Below are positions 44,448 through 58,016 of a stretch of 64,000 nucleotides of DNA, piece after piece. The position numbers and the translations under genes are program-made. The stretch is from Eledone cirrhosa (Eukaryota), in NCBI GenBank assembly GCA_964016885.1, contig OZ024742.1:65534001-65598000 (forward strand), in the 5' to 3' direction. The notes below the pieces were generated by a model, which saw only the letters and a list, made by a program, of their open reading frames with translations, was not told the origin of the DNA and searched no databases. Numbering within the stretch: the stretch's first letter is position 1; each line of letters starts with the position of its first letter.

Positions 44448-45641
44448 ATACTAGCGGTGGTACCCAGCGTTGCACGGGATAAGGTATTTTGGAAGGCAAC
44501 AGACCTAATCGTGGAAAAACTGCATGCCTGGACAATATGTAAAGAAAATAAACCGAATCTTTAAGATTTTCCTCGATGAAGCAGGAAACATACAGGTTTT
44601 CACCTAATGCAAGTTTTCGCCTAAGGGAATCAAAAAAATAATTTTTTTTTGATGTGCATAATATGCCTTGAAATTTCGGGGAAAAACCGGCTAGACGTAA
44701 CGCCTCCAAAAAGCCCTAAAAAGCTGAAAAAATGAAGTTTTTCACCTAATGCGGGCCCTAGGCCATAAAAAAGTTGGATTTTCTTTTCTCACGGAATGAA
44801 GAAGAGACTGACTAATACATGGTTACAATTTCAAGGAAATCGGTCTGACGTAACGCCTAAAAATAACCCCTAAAAAGCTTAAAAAACGCAGTTTTTCACC
44901 TTATGCGGGCCCTAGGAGATCAAAATGTGTATGTGCATAACACTCCCTGAAACATAAGTAATACACATGTAAAGTTTGAAAAAAATCGGTTGGGTACTTC
45001 TCGAGTTTTAGGGATTCAAACTCACAGACACACACACAGAGACAGACATCCTCAGGGAAGTGACGTAATGCAGACATACAGAGATGCAGACCGATATTAT
45101 AAGGGCGCGACGTTATATGTATGTATCTATCTATCTAAGGCGGGTAAAATTCCCGAGATCCATGGACGAGTTCTCTCCAGCGGTCTCTGTCCCTCATTAT
45201 CGCTGCCATGTCCTGCATCTCCAACAGACCAGTGTCTGTCCTTAGGGCATCAACATACGTTAACCTTGGTCTTCCTCTTCTAGTGTGTCCATGTAGGGGC
45301 TCCCAAAGGAGCACTGAGTGCAATGTCAACTCTGGATGTCGGTGAGCATGTCCAGCTAACCTCAGCCTCCTCTGTGTCACTTTTGACCTGACTTTTGGGA
45401 TGTATATGCATGTATCTATCTAAAAAGAGAAAGACTAAGAATTATAGAAAGAGATCGCTAAATCGCCTAATGCGGTCCCTAGGGCATTGAAAATTTGAAA
45501 TTTTATTTGCTCAGAACATTTCCCGAAATATAAGTATTACATGTGTAAAGTTTGAAAACAGTCGGTTGGGTGGTTCTCGAGTTTTAAGGATTCAAACTCA
45601 CACACACACAAACAGACATCCTCAGTTTTATATATATAGAT
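44448..45641 (+). mobile_element. Helentron-associated non-autonomous element (HINE/DINE-like), interrupted
   Basis: 5' ATACTAGC..TACCCAGCGTTGCACGGG; 3' tcggttgggt..acagacatc..ttatatatatagat; internal direct repeats; duplicated 3' end. Confidence 0.65.
45125..45401 (-). mobile_element. RTE LINE 3' fragment nested in the HINE
   Basis: Nearly identical to 6187-6454; (ATAG)n tail. Confidence 0.9.
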
Positions 45642-46022
45642 GATGGCAGAAATGATGTCCATTATGATGATGACGATGTCGATGATGATGATGGTAATGG
45701 TAATGACAATATATTAAAATAAAAAACCCGAACCAACAGTAATTCGTAAAATATGTACTCAGAATGTAAATTACAGCAACAATTGTCTCTTTTGGTATTG
45801 TTGTAAAATTAATGACGTCAACAAAAGCACGAACAACTGCCACTGCATCTCGCACAACTGCTCAGCTGCAACATAAGCAGCAACAGTTGCAGCAACAGCA
45901 ACACCATCATCACCACCAGCTGCATCACCTACATCATCATCTTTGTTCATTCCGAGTTTACATGTTTTCTGTATATGTAAGTATGTAGATTTATCAACCT
46001 ATGATGCTGGCTTTGCTGATGA

Positions 46023-48245
46023 TTATTGTTCTTTGAGTCGCAGTCATTGATGTTATTTAACTGGAAAGTTTGTTGAAATGAATATCAAGCCACTACCTGC
46101 AGCCTCAGATATTCAGGACGTAGCGGAGGGTTCTTGCTGTTCCCAGCAAGCATGCCTTTTGAAGCGTTCCAAAAAGCGTGAAGGGGCCAATTTTCTTTAA
46201 CCATCCCTGGAAACGTTTTGAGATAGTACCTAGTGCGCCTATGACAATCGGGACCACTTTGACTTCATGGCAGTTCCAAATCCTTTTTACCTCCCACTTT
46301 AAGTCCTGGTATCGGTTAATTTTCTCCCTCTCCTTCTCTTGCACTCTCGTGTCGAATGGGCAGGCCACATCCACAATCAGGCACGATCTTTTTTCTTTGT
46401 CCAAAACCACCAGGTCAGGTCTATTGTGTTCCAGTTTCTAGTCCGTCTGTATCCTAAAATCCCACAGCACCTTCACCTGATCGTTTTCTATCACCGACTC
46501 TGGCTTATGCTCATACCACTTCTCAGAATGTGGTAAATTGTTTACTTTGCATAGGTGCCAGTGGATCACCCTGCCCATCACATCATGTCCCCAGCCCTTA
46601 TAGTGAGTCTGGGCTAGGTGTTTACACTCGGATACAATGTGAGCCACAGTCTCCTCTCTCTCTCTCCACAGATCCTGCACAGTGGGGTAGCCTCCTCCTT
46701 GTAAATATGGTGTTTCAACCACTTCGTTTTGAGGGCCTGCTCTTGCGCAGACATTAACATTCCTTCTGTAGCCTTTTTAAGGTCTCCTCTTTTCAACCAG
46801 TTCCATGTCTGTGGATCTCTGAATTCAGTTTTCTCAAAGAAGGTACTATGAAGGGATTTTTCCTGAAGGCTGCTCTTTCTCCTTGGTGTTATTTCCTCCT
46901 TGGACATCCCCTGGTCTATTGTCCTCTCCTTCAGTACAGTTCTGAGCATTGGCTCCTTACTATCAGTAACGTATTTGTGTAGGCTGTTTTTCTCCATCTG
47001 AACACAGTCCTCTATGCTGATAAGACCTCTTCCACCTTCAGATCTCCTTAAGTAGAGTCTATCGACATCACTCCTCTTGTGGAACATCTTGTAGATAGTC
47101 AATAGCTTCCTAGTCTTCCTATCCATTTCTTTTTGTTCAGCAACATTCCATCTCAGAATTCCCGCACTGTACCTAATAATAGACACAGCTCGGGAATTTA
47201 CTGCACTTATGGCATTCCTACTGTTCAGATGTGACTTTAATACGCTCCTTACTATCCGAATGTATTCAGTTCTTATCAATTCCTTCATTTTTTTGTTCTT
47301 GATGTCATCAGCCTCCAGAACACCCAAATACTTGTATTCTTCTTCAGTGTCAATTTCCTTTATCATCTCACCTGTTGGTACCTGGAATCCGTTACTTCTG
47401 CTCAATTTACCCCTCTTCATCACAAGGACTCCACACTTACTAATACCAAATTGCATACATATATCATTGCTGAAAATACGGACAGTGTCAACAAGCACAT
47501 CCAACTCCTTCTCACTCTTCCCGAAGACCTTAAGATCGTCCATAAAGAGGAGGTGATTGATGTAAGCCCTCCCTTTCCCAACCTGTATCCTGCTCTCACG
47601 CATCAGGGCAAGGACAAACAACAGAGGGGACAGACTATCTCCCTGGAAGATACCTCTCTTGATCTTCACGCTTCCCAAGGATTCTCCAGTTGATGTTAAC
47701 TCTGTTTCCCAGGACTTCATACTTTTGCCCAACAACTGTCTGATGTTATCTGCCACCTTGAAGATCTTCAGGCTTTTGGTGATCCAAGAATGAGGCACCA
47801 TGTTAAATGCCTTTTTGTAGTCTATCCATCCCATGGCAAGACCAGTGTGTCTCCTCTTGAAATTCCTCATTACCATCTTATCAATAAGTAACTGGTCCTT
47901 TGTACCACGGGACTTCTTTCGGCATCCTTTCTGTTCGTCCGGTAACAAGTTGTTTGTGTGGAGGTGATGGTAGATTTCCTCAGACATAATGCTTGTCAAC
48001 AGTTTCCACATTACGGACAGTCATGTGATAGGCCTATAGTTGGTAACATCATTACCCTTGATTCGGTCTTTCATTATCAGAACTGTGGTACCTTTTGTCA
48101 ACCACTCTGGTACCTCACCTGACATCAAGCAGTCATTGAACATGGTTATCAGTTTCGGGTGGAGGGATGTTATATTTTTAATCCCATACCCTGCACACCA
48201 TCTGGGCCTGGTGATTTCCAGTTGGTTAGTGTTTTGGCCTATTAG
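46023..48245 (-). mobile_element. R4/Dong-clade non-LTR retrotransposon (RT + CCHC + restriction-like endonuclease), 5'-truncated and frameshifted
   Basis: [69 protein letters not shown]; (TAA)n at the 5' junction. Confidence 0.88.
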
Positions 48246-48480
48246 TTTTTATTATTATTATTATTATTATTGGCGACCTACGTAGGAAATCGTATTATCG
48301 TGAGCTCCGCAAAGGTTTGTTATTTCCGTTTGTTTAAAAATTGCCATTTATGGAAAATTTTATTGTTAACTGTTTATAAGCACACATACATTGTTTTCCG
48401 AAAAGGACACCTAAAAAGATTGGGGCCTTGTGCCCAAAATTTTAACTTTTATTATTATCAAAAAATTTCTTTGAAAAAAA

Positions 48481-50308
48481 ATGGCCACTTCACCTCTGCA
48501 CGAAGCAGCTGAAAGCCTTCCTCACAAAATAACACCTCACACCGACACCACCATTGTAAATGTTACAACGTTTGCCAACACAAAAAAAAATATAAGCAGT
48601 AGAAATATTTTAAATTTGTCTCAGGCAGACATTCATTTCCCGCCATTACCAATGACTGCAGGTGTTAAAGCCTCCACCACCACCACCACCGCGACAACCA
48701 CCACCACCACCACCGCGACAACAGAAACAAAAGAAGAAAAAAATAAATTAACTCGTGATGTCGAAATGAAATCAAGCAAAATGGACTCTTCCCCACCAAA
48801 GATGACTGACGTCACCACCACCACAACTGAAACTAAAAATTAATATTAACGATAGCAACAACAACAACAATGACATTATAACCCCCCCCCTCAGTTTCGC
48901 CAGAGTAGCAAAACAATTCGAAGCATTTACCGTAACTCAAGAAGATTTAGAAAATGCCAAACAAATGGTAAAGAAAGATGGGTACAGGGTCAGCCTCCCC
49001 CCCCCACCTAATAAAATGGAGCATCGGCGCCTATGCACCGTGTCGTATAGAACAATAAATGTAAAATCGCGCCGAGTGGAACGGGCATCCGAGTCCCAAA
49101 TCCAAAAAGCTTTGGGACATGTGTGAGCAAGAAAAACCCACATCAGACGTGGGCAAAAGTATGGAACCGTGGATGTGTTCTTTGAAACACCAGAGGAGGC
49201 TAGAGAACACTCCATGGCCCCATTAAAAAGTGACTACTTCACACTCGTCCCAAGCTATTGTGGCCAGAGACTCGTAAAGATCAGGGTGACCCACGTTCCA
49301 CCGGCCATCGAAATTCCCTGGCTAATAGCGGCTGTCCTCGCCGGCATCGAGGCCAACACGAAAATAATAACAATAGCAAAAGAAAAGCAGGAAAACTGGT
49401 CCGGATCTGGGATGGAGCTCCTGATCCAAGCGGACCAAAAAAGCATTGAGGAGATCCCAGAGGTAATAGACCTCACTGACGGCAGCCACCTCACAGTAAT
49501 TGTCGAGGGCAGAAGACCTAGGTGTGTCGTTTGTGGTGAAGGAACCCATCTAAGGGCTTTCTGCCCTCAGGCTAAAAGGTTGAGGCCACCTCTCCTACCC
49601 ACCCCAGTGACACAACCATCAACACCACCAGTAGCAGAGATGCCAGCAACAACTGTAGCAGCAACAACAGAAGCAACTATAACAGCAACAAACCCAGCAA
49701 CAGTAGCAAAACCAACACCACTACCACCACCAGCAAAACCAACACCACCACCACCCAACGCTTCAGAACTAGCACCAGCGCCTACACCATCCACCACACC
49801 ACAACCAAAACTAACGGCTGTGGAGGATTTTCCACTCCCCGGCCTATCACAACTGGAGACAGATTGTGACGACGAGGAGTGGGAAACGATATCCGGAAAA
49901 AAAAAAAGAAACCAAAAAAGAAAAAATTCTCTTCCTTCTCCCTCCAAAAACAAAATACAGAGGGAAACAAATAAACAAAGAAACAAAAAAGTTAGGACAG
50001 ATATGCCACCATCCACACCAGCATCACCAACCCCATCAACCCAAACACCAACACCATCACCATCATTAACTCCAACACCACCATCACCTACACCACAAAA
50101 GTCACCAAAATGCGAAACAGAAACAAACCCACAACAAACGCAAACAAAACAAAACAACCAAAACGATACACACTACACAGCATTAAATTTGAACAACAAG
50201 CAATTATTGCACTACATCCAACACAACACCAGCATCACAGAAAAAGACTACACAACAACCCCAAAATTCACACCACCTCCACACATACAAATCACTCGCA
50301 TCACATAG
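48481..50308 (+). pseudogene. L1/Tx1 ORF1 (gag-like), with a frameshift and a stop
   Basis: SFARV motif, CVVCGEGTHLRAFC zinc knuckle, Pro/Thr-rich tail. Confidence 0.8.
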
Positions 50309-50498
50309 AAAATGTACATGACACTAAAACAAAAATTCCCCAAAGACATCGGAGACCTCCGACAAGCACTCTCCAGGAGGATTTATAAGGACATCCTTCC
50401 TGAGGAGGCCACAAGCAGTGAAAAGGATGGAAAAACCGTCCTTCCCCTACGAGAAGTAAGGTAAGTGGTCTTTCCCATCTTTTCCACTCCTTTTCAAC

Positions 50499-51908
50499 AT
50501 GACCTCACTCAGAATAGGCAGCATAAATGCGCGTGGCTTGGGGTCGTCATGGAAGCAGGGCCACCTGCTCAACGACCTCAGGTCACTAAACATAGATGTA
50601 GTGGCCATCAACGAGACCAGAATCTCCGAAGCACAGGCTTTCGCACCGATCTTCGGCGGCTACGATGTGTACGCATCTCCCAGCCGTCCGGGATCGGGGG
50701 GAGGAGTTGCTGTGCTTTTTCGGAGAGGTTTGGATCTTGCCATACGGGCCATCTTCCTGGACCCAGAAGGTAAGTTGGTGGTGCTGGACGTGACCAGCGG
50801 AGACGGGCAAGCTTTCAGGTTAGTGGCCGTCTATGCCCCGACAGGAGCAGGGCGGCCTGATTTCTTCCGGCGTCTGGAGACCTTTCTTGGAACGTCGCAC
50901 TCTTTAGTGTTAGTGGGCGACTGGAACGGGATCTTAGATGCACGCTGGGATTGTGTGGGATTAGTGGATAGGGAAGGAGGGTGCAAGAGTCTCACCAACC
51001 TGCTCAGACGTTTTGAACTGTCTGACAGGTACCGAATGGATTTCCCGAATGTACCAATGTGGACTTGGACAAATTGCATAGGGTCATCCAGATCATATCT
51101 AGATAGAGTATTTTGTAGGGAAATAGATAGGTCTAGCATAGGCTGTCCACAATTCAAGATAGTCAGCTACACGGACCACAAATTCGTGATCTGTGTGCTT
51201 GACTTAGATAGGCTTCATAGACAAGGACCCGGCTACTGGAAGCTAAACGCGTCCTTACCAGCGCGCAAGGCCTACAGAGACCGGATTAGCGAACTAGTTA
51301 AGCGGGCGTTGACGGGGGCCATCGTCAACAACAAGTGGTGGTTTGCTCTGAAAAGAGCAATTAGAATAGAGTCCATTAGGTTTAGTAAGACTTTAGCAAT
51401 AGAGAAAAATAGAGCAGAGGGAGAATTAGTTAGAAAATTAGATGAGGCGCTTAGCAAAGGCACCGCGACCGACGTACTTGCGGCGAAATTGGCCCTTGAC
51501 CAATTCTTCAATGCAAAGCACGAAGGCTGCGTTGTCAGAGCTAGGGTGCGTGCTCTCAGACACGAGGGGACGAAAGCCGTTCAATGGGCCCGAGTGGCGG
51601 AGGCGCGTCGTGGCAACAAAGCCACGATCCGGTCTTTGGTGGACCACGACGGGCGCATGCTACTCGATCCCGGGCAAATGTGTGAAGCTTTTCAGCGACA
51701 CTTCGCTCAACTGTTCGGGGGCAGTGGCGGGCCGGATCGAGGGATGGACTTTAGTGTCTACCTCGACGGACTGCCGCGGCTTTCGGCCACTGAGGCGGAG
51801 TGTTGCGAAAAGCCGATAACAACCGCTGAAGTATGGGATGCAATGACTAGTTGCACAAGGGGTAAATCGCCTGGTTTGGACACGTTTTTCCCCAGCTCGT
51901 CTCCTTGA
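50499..51908 (+). CDS. L1/Tx1 ORF2 N-terminus: apurinic-like endonuclease and linker, cut after GKSPGLD
   Basis: SINARGL, INET, GGVAVL, VYAP, GDWN, YLDR, TDH, GYWKLN. Confidence 0.9.
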   Translation: MTSLRIGSINARGLGSSWKQGHLLNDLRSLNIDVVAINETRISEAQAFAPIFGGYDVYASPSRPGSGGGVAVLFRRGLDLAIRAIFLDPEGKLVVLDVTSGDGQAFRLVAVYAPTGAGRPDFFRRLETFLGTSHSLVLVGDWNGILDARWDCVGLVDREGGCKSLTNLLRRFELSDRYRMDFPNVPMWTWTNCIGSSRSYLDRVFCREIDRSSIGCPQFKIVSYTDHKFVICVLDLDRLHRQGPGYWKLNASLPARKAYRDRISELVKRALTGAIVNNKWWFALKRAIRIESIRFSKTLAIEKNRAEGELVRKLDEALSKGTATDVLAAKLALDQFFNAKHEGCVVRARVRALRHEGTKAVQWARVAEARRGNKATIRSLVDHDGRMLLDPGQMCEAFQRHFAQLFGGSGGPDRGMDFSVYLDGLPRLSATEAECCEKPITTAEVWDAMTSCTRGKSPGLDTFFPSSSP

Positions 51909-52567
51909 CGGAGCTGCAGTCCTGGGCCAAGCGAAGACCGAGAGGGAGCGCTTGGAGACTGGAATGTCTTCAGGCGCTCACAGCCCTCGACCAATCGGGC
52001 AATGTGATCGGTGAAAACTCCACCTTGGCGTTCTATAGGGGATTAGTGGAGGGGAAGAGCGACGACGTACTTGGAGAAACTCTAGGCGTCGACGAAAATC
52101 AACTAGCCAATCTCTTCGGAAGGTCTTTCGGGCCGGGGCCTATGGACAACTTCCAGAAATCCCTGGCCTGGCAGTGCTACCGAGGAGCTTTGCCAGTTCG
52201 GGATAAACTCTACAGGCATGGAGGTGCCGTCAGCCGGGCATGTCCGAGATGCGCGCAGGGCGACGAAACCGTCCTGCACGCACTCGTCCAGTGTCCGAGC
52301 ATTGCTGACTTGTGGGTTTATGTCGAACACCTGCTGTCACGTGTAGGACGGATCCAGCTATCAGCTGAGTCCATCGTGAGGATTGCCCCGCCCCCTTCCT
52401 TTAGCCGGGAAGGGCAGGCAGTTTTTATCTGTCTGGTGGCCATGGCGAAAGAGATAGTATGGTGGACACGTTTGAAAGGGCTGAAGACGAGCACTTACCT
52501 CTTCGGTGATGCCCTGATTAACTTTTTCAAATTTCATTTGAAAAGGAAAATCAGGGTAGAGAGGTAA
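51905..52567 (+). pseudogene. L1/Tx1 ORF2 C-terminal zinc-binding region
   Basis: CPRC..DETVLHALVQC; out of frame with the APE part. Confidence 0.85.
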
Positions 52568-54369
52568 GTGCTCTCTTCCCAACATTTTGTTGAAAGATGG
52601 GTGAGAGAAGCAAGTATGGCCCGAATGAATGGGCCTACTCTGAGTATGTGTCTGTAAATTAAAGGTGGAAAACTGGGAGAGGGCACTTGCCCTGGTGGTC
52701 AGGGCCACTGTGGTCTTTTAATGGGCTTTCTCCACAAATGTCCCTCGGAAGTCTCCCCCCTATTGGGGAATTTTTCTTTGTTATTTTATTTCAACCTCCG
52801 TTTTTTACACGCAGAAATGCCCATTTGTACCGTCCTGTATTGTCCTGTACTGTCCTTAATGTCTACTTTATGTAAACCCTTGTGGTTAATAAAGAAAACA
52901 TTATTAATATTATTATTATTATTATCATTATTAGTATTAGTAGTAGTAGTAGTAGTAGTTGTAGTAGTAGTAGAGATAGTAATAGTTGTGGTATGTCGGA
53001 TATTTACCGATGTGGTTGCCGACGTTAGCTGCGTTGATGATGATGATGATGATGATGGAGAAGATGATTAATGACAGTCAATATGATGCATTTGCCGGTG
53101 CTGCTAGCGCCGAGATAATTTCAGAATGGTTAAAATAAAGTAGCTATTTCCTCCACAATTAAGCAATATTATGTACACATACATAGCTACCCCTTCGCAT
53201 AACCCTCCTCATCCGCTTCTAGACTGAACTTTATTTTTAAAATAATCATTTTTTTTCTAAATAAGCATATGTTTTTCATTTATTTCTCAGTTATATGTAT
53301 TCTTTTAATTATAATTTTGGTGCTTTCTGTGATGTATTTTCTGTTATCTTTCTCTCACCATACCGCCGATGAAAAAAAGGGGGAGTCAATGAAACGTACT
53401 AATTATCTGATGGTTTTATTCACAATGAAATCAGATGAACCGAAAATAAACCCTTAAGAAAAAAATAAAGAAATAAAGAAATAAAGAAAAGAAAAAAGAA
53501 AGAGAACGGAAGATGAGAAAAAAAATCCGTTCAAAATAAAATGGTGGCTATCTTCAATTTCCACTTTTCTTTCACGAAGCTTAACATTTGTTTCATTTGG
53601 TTTCAAATTTAGGTTATTTGATCATTTTTTTCTAGTAGTAGTGGTGGGAGTGATTGGATCAACAGACAAGCAATTATACTATTTATAAATATACCAGGTC
53701 TTTCAATAAAAACATTGATGTGTTTCACTATATTCCCTCTTCCAGAAATACTGTTAATTCTTTTACATTTTTATTTCTTTTTGTCTTTCATTTTGTGAAA
53801 TATTTTTTTAATGGAAATATATTGGTCAATGTATCGGACGGATTTAAACGTCCGGAGTTATGATAGCTATCTCCATCACAAAACAACAACAAAACAAAAC
53901 AAAACAAAACAAAACAAAACAAAACAAAACAAAACAAAACAAAACAAAACAAAAAAAGCAGGACAAAAAAAAAGAATGAGTGAATGTTTTTTAAAAATAA
54001 CGTTAATAAAAACACGAAACAACTAAGAATAGGAGAGAGAAATTATCAAGACCATTCATATTTTAACTTATTAATAACATTTCATTGTTCCCTATTTCTC
54101 ACTTTCCAATCACTACCTTCAACTTCTGACATTGAACAGCAGCCGCTAATGCACGCATGCGCGCGTGTGTGTATGTGAGTGAGAAACTTCGATAAAATGA
54201 AATTATTCAAGTTAATAGCAGCAACACTCCTCCAAAAGGGTTTTTAAATATAAATATATCAAGCAAGGGAAATAACTACAATAAGATCAGGTGATAGACA
54301 TTTGTGAAGAATATAGACGAATGCATATTGAAGTGTCTATACATACATACATATATATAAATGTAAATA

Positions 54370-54446
<77 letters not shown>

Positions 54447-54559
54447 GAATGTATGATTGTATGTATGTAAAATTATAGGAAACAAACAAAGGGAAGACAT
54501 CGCAATAAAATACGAAAGCCCCCCCCCCCCCTCCCCGTATGAAAACAGATGAATTAAAC

Positions 54560-54920
54560 ATAATTGTTTCTACTTTTTGGCACAAGGCCAGCAATTATCC
54601 CAGTTTATTACTGGTACTTTATTTTATCGACCCCGTAAGGATGAAAGGCAAAGTTAACCTCGGCGGGATTTGAACTCAGAATGGCAAGGGTCGTAACTCT
54701 ATGTGTCAAAGCATGGCGTCCGACCCTCTACCGATACGGCCAATCTACTGCCTTTGATGAATAAAACATAATTGTTTCTACTTTTTGGCACAAGACCAGC
54801 AATTACCCAGTGTATTACTGGTACTTTTATTCTATCGACCCCGGAAGGATGAAAGGCAAAGTTAACCTCGGCGGGATTTGAACTCAGAATAGCAAGGGCC
54901 GTAACTCTGTGCGTCAAAGA
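54560..54920 (-). mobile_element. Two tandem octopus-type tRNA-SINEs
   Basis: 54560-54752 and 54770-54920, same family as 8550-8737. Confidence 0.78.
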
Positions 54921-55034
54921 TATGAAATAAGTAGTTCATTCCATAAGACATCCGCTTCCCATTATGCCAATATATATATTGGTGAATTTAAATACGAAAA
55001 TATGGCTGAAAAAGAGAATACCTTAAAATACCAA

Positions 55035-55092
<58 letters not shown>

Positions 55093-55146
55093 ATGTGTGT
55101 GTGTGGGTGTGTGTATAAATATATATACACACGCACACACACACTC

Positions 55147-55202
<56 letters not shown>

Positions 55203-55260
55203 TTTATACACACACACACATATATATACACATATATTTATATAGGCACACACTCACATC

Positions 55261-55291
<31 letters not shown>

Positions 55292-55456
55292 ACACTCGCT
55301 GAAAAAGCTCACATGCCCTACCACGATTCATTAATTCATTGAATATCTATTTCTAGATATTTAGGATTCAATAGTAAGATAAGTGTATTAGTGATTAAGC
55401 GTAATTTCAATTGAACATGAACGACAGAAATAGTATTCTGTCTTCCTTTGAATGTG

Positions 55457-55512
<56 letters not shown>

Positions 55513-55639
55513 TATCCACTACTTCATATATATGCATATATATATACATATTATATATACATACACATATACACACACACACACATATATATATATTGAT
55601 ATGGGGAAACATGTTGAAGGTGGTGTGATTGTAAAAGAG

Positions 55640-57220
55640 CTGAGTTCTGCTGCTAAATGGGGCACGTGATTATAGGTGGTCTGAATAACTTTGGGAATAA
55701 AGATCTCAGGTGGCTCATGATGAAGGGAACAAAATACAAGAAATCTGTAACTATAAACATTTTCAAAGTTAGGTAAGATGGTTTTGGAATCAATTGAAGA
55801 TTACTGGATAGATTCGGCTTAAAATTTGATACTGCTAATGAGGCTTTGAGGGAATGGAAGAAAAGAGTTGTTAGTATTGTAAATAATAGGTTAAGAGTGT
55901 TGGACATGACGGTTTGTGGTGGATCAATACTGAATAGTGCCGAAGTGAAGTAGTATAAAAATGGGTTTCATGAAAAGTATATCATTGAACAGGCAAATAA
56001 GGCAACGGATAATTTCGTAGTAATCTTTAAAGAATAGTTCATGTTGGTTTTGGCTAGGGAGTTAGGAGTGATACTAATTATGATTTTAGTGGCAATGAAA
56101 CCTACCAGTTGATGCCAGGGAATATCGGCTTAAGGTTGAAGTGAAGGATTTGAGTGGTTGCTAGTTGGAGGAGGAGAGTATGTATATACCCAGTATTTTC
56201 TGGATCCCAAAGTAATCTAGTACACTGTATGGGTGTTGATGTATATTCGTGCCTTATAAGGTTGCGAACAGACAGGTAGCTATTTTAGTTAATGAGGCTT
56301 TAGCTGTGGTTAAGGAGGTTTTTGTGACGCGATTCTTGCAAATAATGGAATGAATATGTGGTGGAGTTTGGGATCAATTAATGAATATTAGGTTAGATTG
56401 AACAGAATTAGTATGATAAAAACAATGCAGGTGTATGACTTCTTCACCTTGTATATGAATTTAGTTGAGGCGGGGATAGGTAGAATAATAAACCTTATTT
56501 TCGGGAATAAGTTTAAGAATATTTCCTTTAAGAAAGATAATGGATTTATGTCTTGAATAAGGTACAATGGCTACACAAACTGCTCGAAGGATAAACTCGA
56601 ACGTGTGGTCTAGTTTATAGTAAATAAATCTTACGTTACGTTTGCAGGTAATAATTTCAGACAGGCTAGTGGCATACCAATGGGCGGAAACCGTAGTTCG
56701 CTCCTGGCGGATTTATATTTATCCTTCTGTGAGTTCGACCATCTGGCACGCTAAGGAGGATAGGCGAAATTAGACAGTTGAGTGGGTATTGTAGATACGT
56801 AGATGGCGTATGTGTTCCAAACTACAGGCATTTCGAAGCTTTACTAGACAAAATCTATCCGGAGAGTTTCGCAACGAAAAGGGGTGGTTCCGACGTTAAC
56901 AGGGTGAACTACTTTGACTTTATTATCGAAAGGAACGATGTGCTGATAGCGACAAAACTTTACAATAAGACGAGGGATTTTAGTTTTAAGGTAGCTTGGA
57001 TGACACATTGATAGGTTACAACGTGTTCTCTTGTCAAATAATAAGTTGCCGTAGGATAATTAGCCAGATATATGTTTTATATGGAAGAAGCTAGAAAAAT
57101 ATTAACAGGCATGATAGGACAAGAATTCAAGAGAAAATCATTGATACGTCGTTTTTGTCGTAGCCTTGGTATTAAAGTAAAGATTTTGAGAAAGTTCGGG
57201 CTATTTACAGTTTGCAACTA
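55640..57220 (+). pseudogene. Heavily decayed Penelope-like reverse transcriptase of a different clade
   Basis: GHVI..KGTKY, QANKATDN, IPSIFWIPK, YDFFTLY, FRQASGIPMGGN..LLADLYL, RYVDG, LYNKTRDFSF. Confidence 0.75.
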
Positions 57221-57574
57221 GGTAACAAATAGCTAGCCAATAGAAATGATAGGTAAGTCTTTGGATTTTCATTGAATCGATATACCGGGAATAATAGATT
57301 AGTTTTATTTTGGTTCTACTGAGATAGCATTGAGCATCAGTTGAATTAGTATTGTGCATTAAGTCAGGGAGGGCGTATCATAAATAAGCAGGATGTATAA
57401 ATTCATAATAGCACATTAAAACACGGAAAAATATTAGTTACAAACATATTACTGAATAACCCAAACATCCGATATACAAGAATATTTGCAATTAAACAGC
57501 AATTATGACATATAAAACAAACATCCTTGTTATCAACTTATAAACACTTTCCAGCCGGGAAAGTGAGTTAATGT

Positions 57575-57678
<104 letters not shown>

Positions 57679-57754
57679 CATATATATGTGTGTAAATATA
57701 TATGTATATATCTTATATCTATACATATATATCTATGTATATATATATATATAT

Positions 57755-57961
57755 ATAACGGAAGAAATGTGGTAAGGAACCAGGTGGACCATAACGCACC
57801 AAAGTACTCAATACTTAGGGTAGTAGAGTGGGTAATAGGAACGAGTAGGACCCCGACGGCTGAGCTCAAGCCGTTTCAACGGCTAATTCTAGACTAAATG
57901 CATTTAGTCCAGAATTAGCCGTCGAAACGGCTTGAGCTCAGCCGTCGGGGTCCTACTCGTT

Positions 57962-57965
<4 letters not shown>
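57755..57965 (-). mobile_element. Family H fold-back element (palindrome ~57835-57965)
   Basis: Apex ATGCAT at 57898-57903; homologues at 31695-31770, 63430-63603 and 63651-63830. Confidence 0.8.

Positions 57966-58016
<51 letters not shown>

Larger units (their letters stand above)
48272..52900 (+). mobile_element. L1/Tx1-clade LINE with internal deletion of the RT domain
   Basis: ORF1 with CCHC knuckle, ORF2 APE, C-terminal CCHC, AATAAA-A-rich end; (TTA)n on both flanks. Confidence 0.88.

Noticed and set aside
49120-49130. In-frame TGA in Tx1 ORF1 as recoding
   Set aside because: Not at a conserved Cys, and the ORF also has a frameshift; ordinary decay
49567-50157. 196-aa minus-strand ORF and other antisense ORFs over the LINEs
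   Set aside because: Shadow ORFs of low-complexity or coding sense strands
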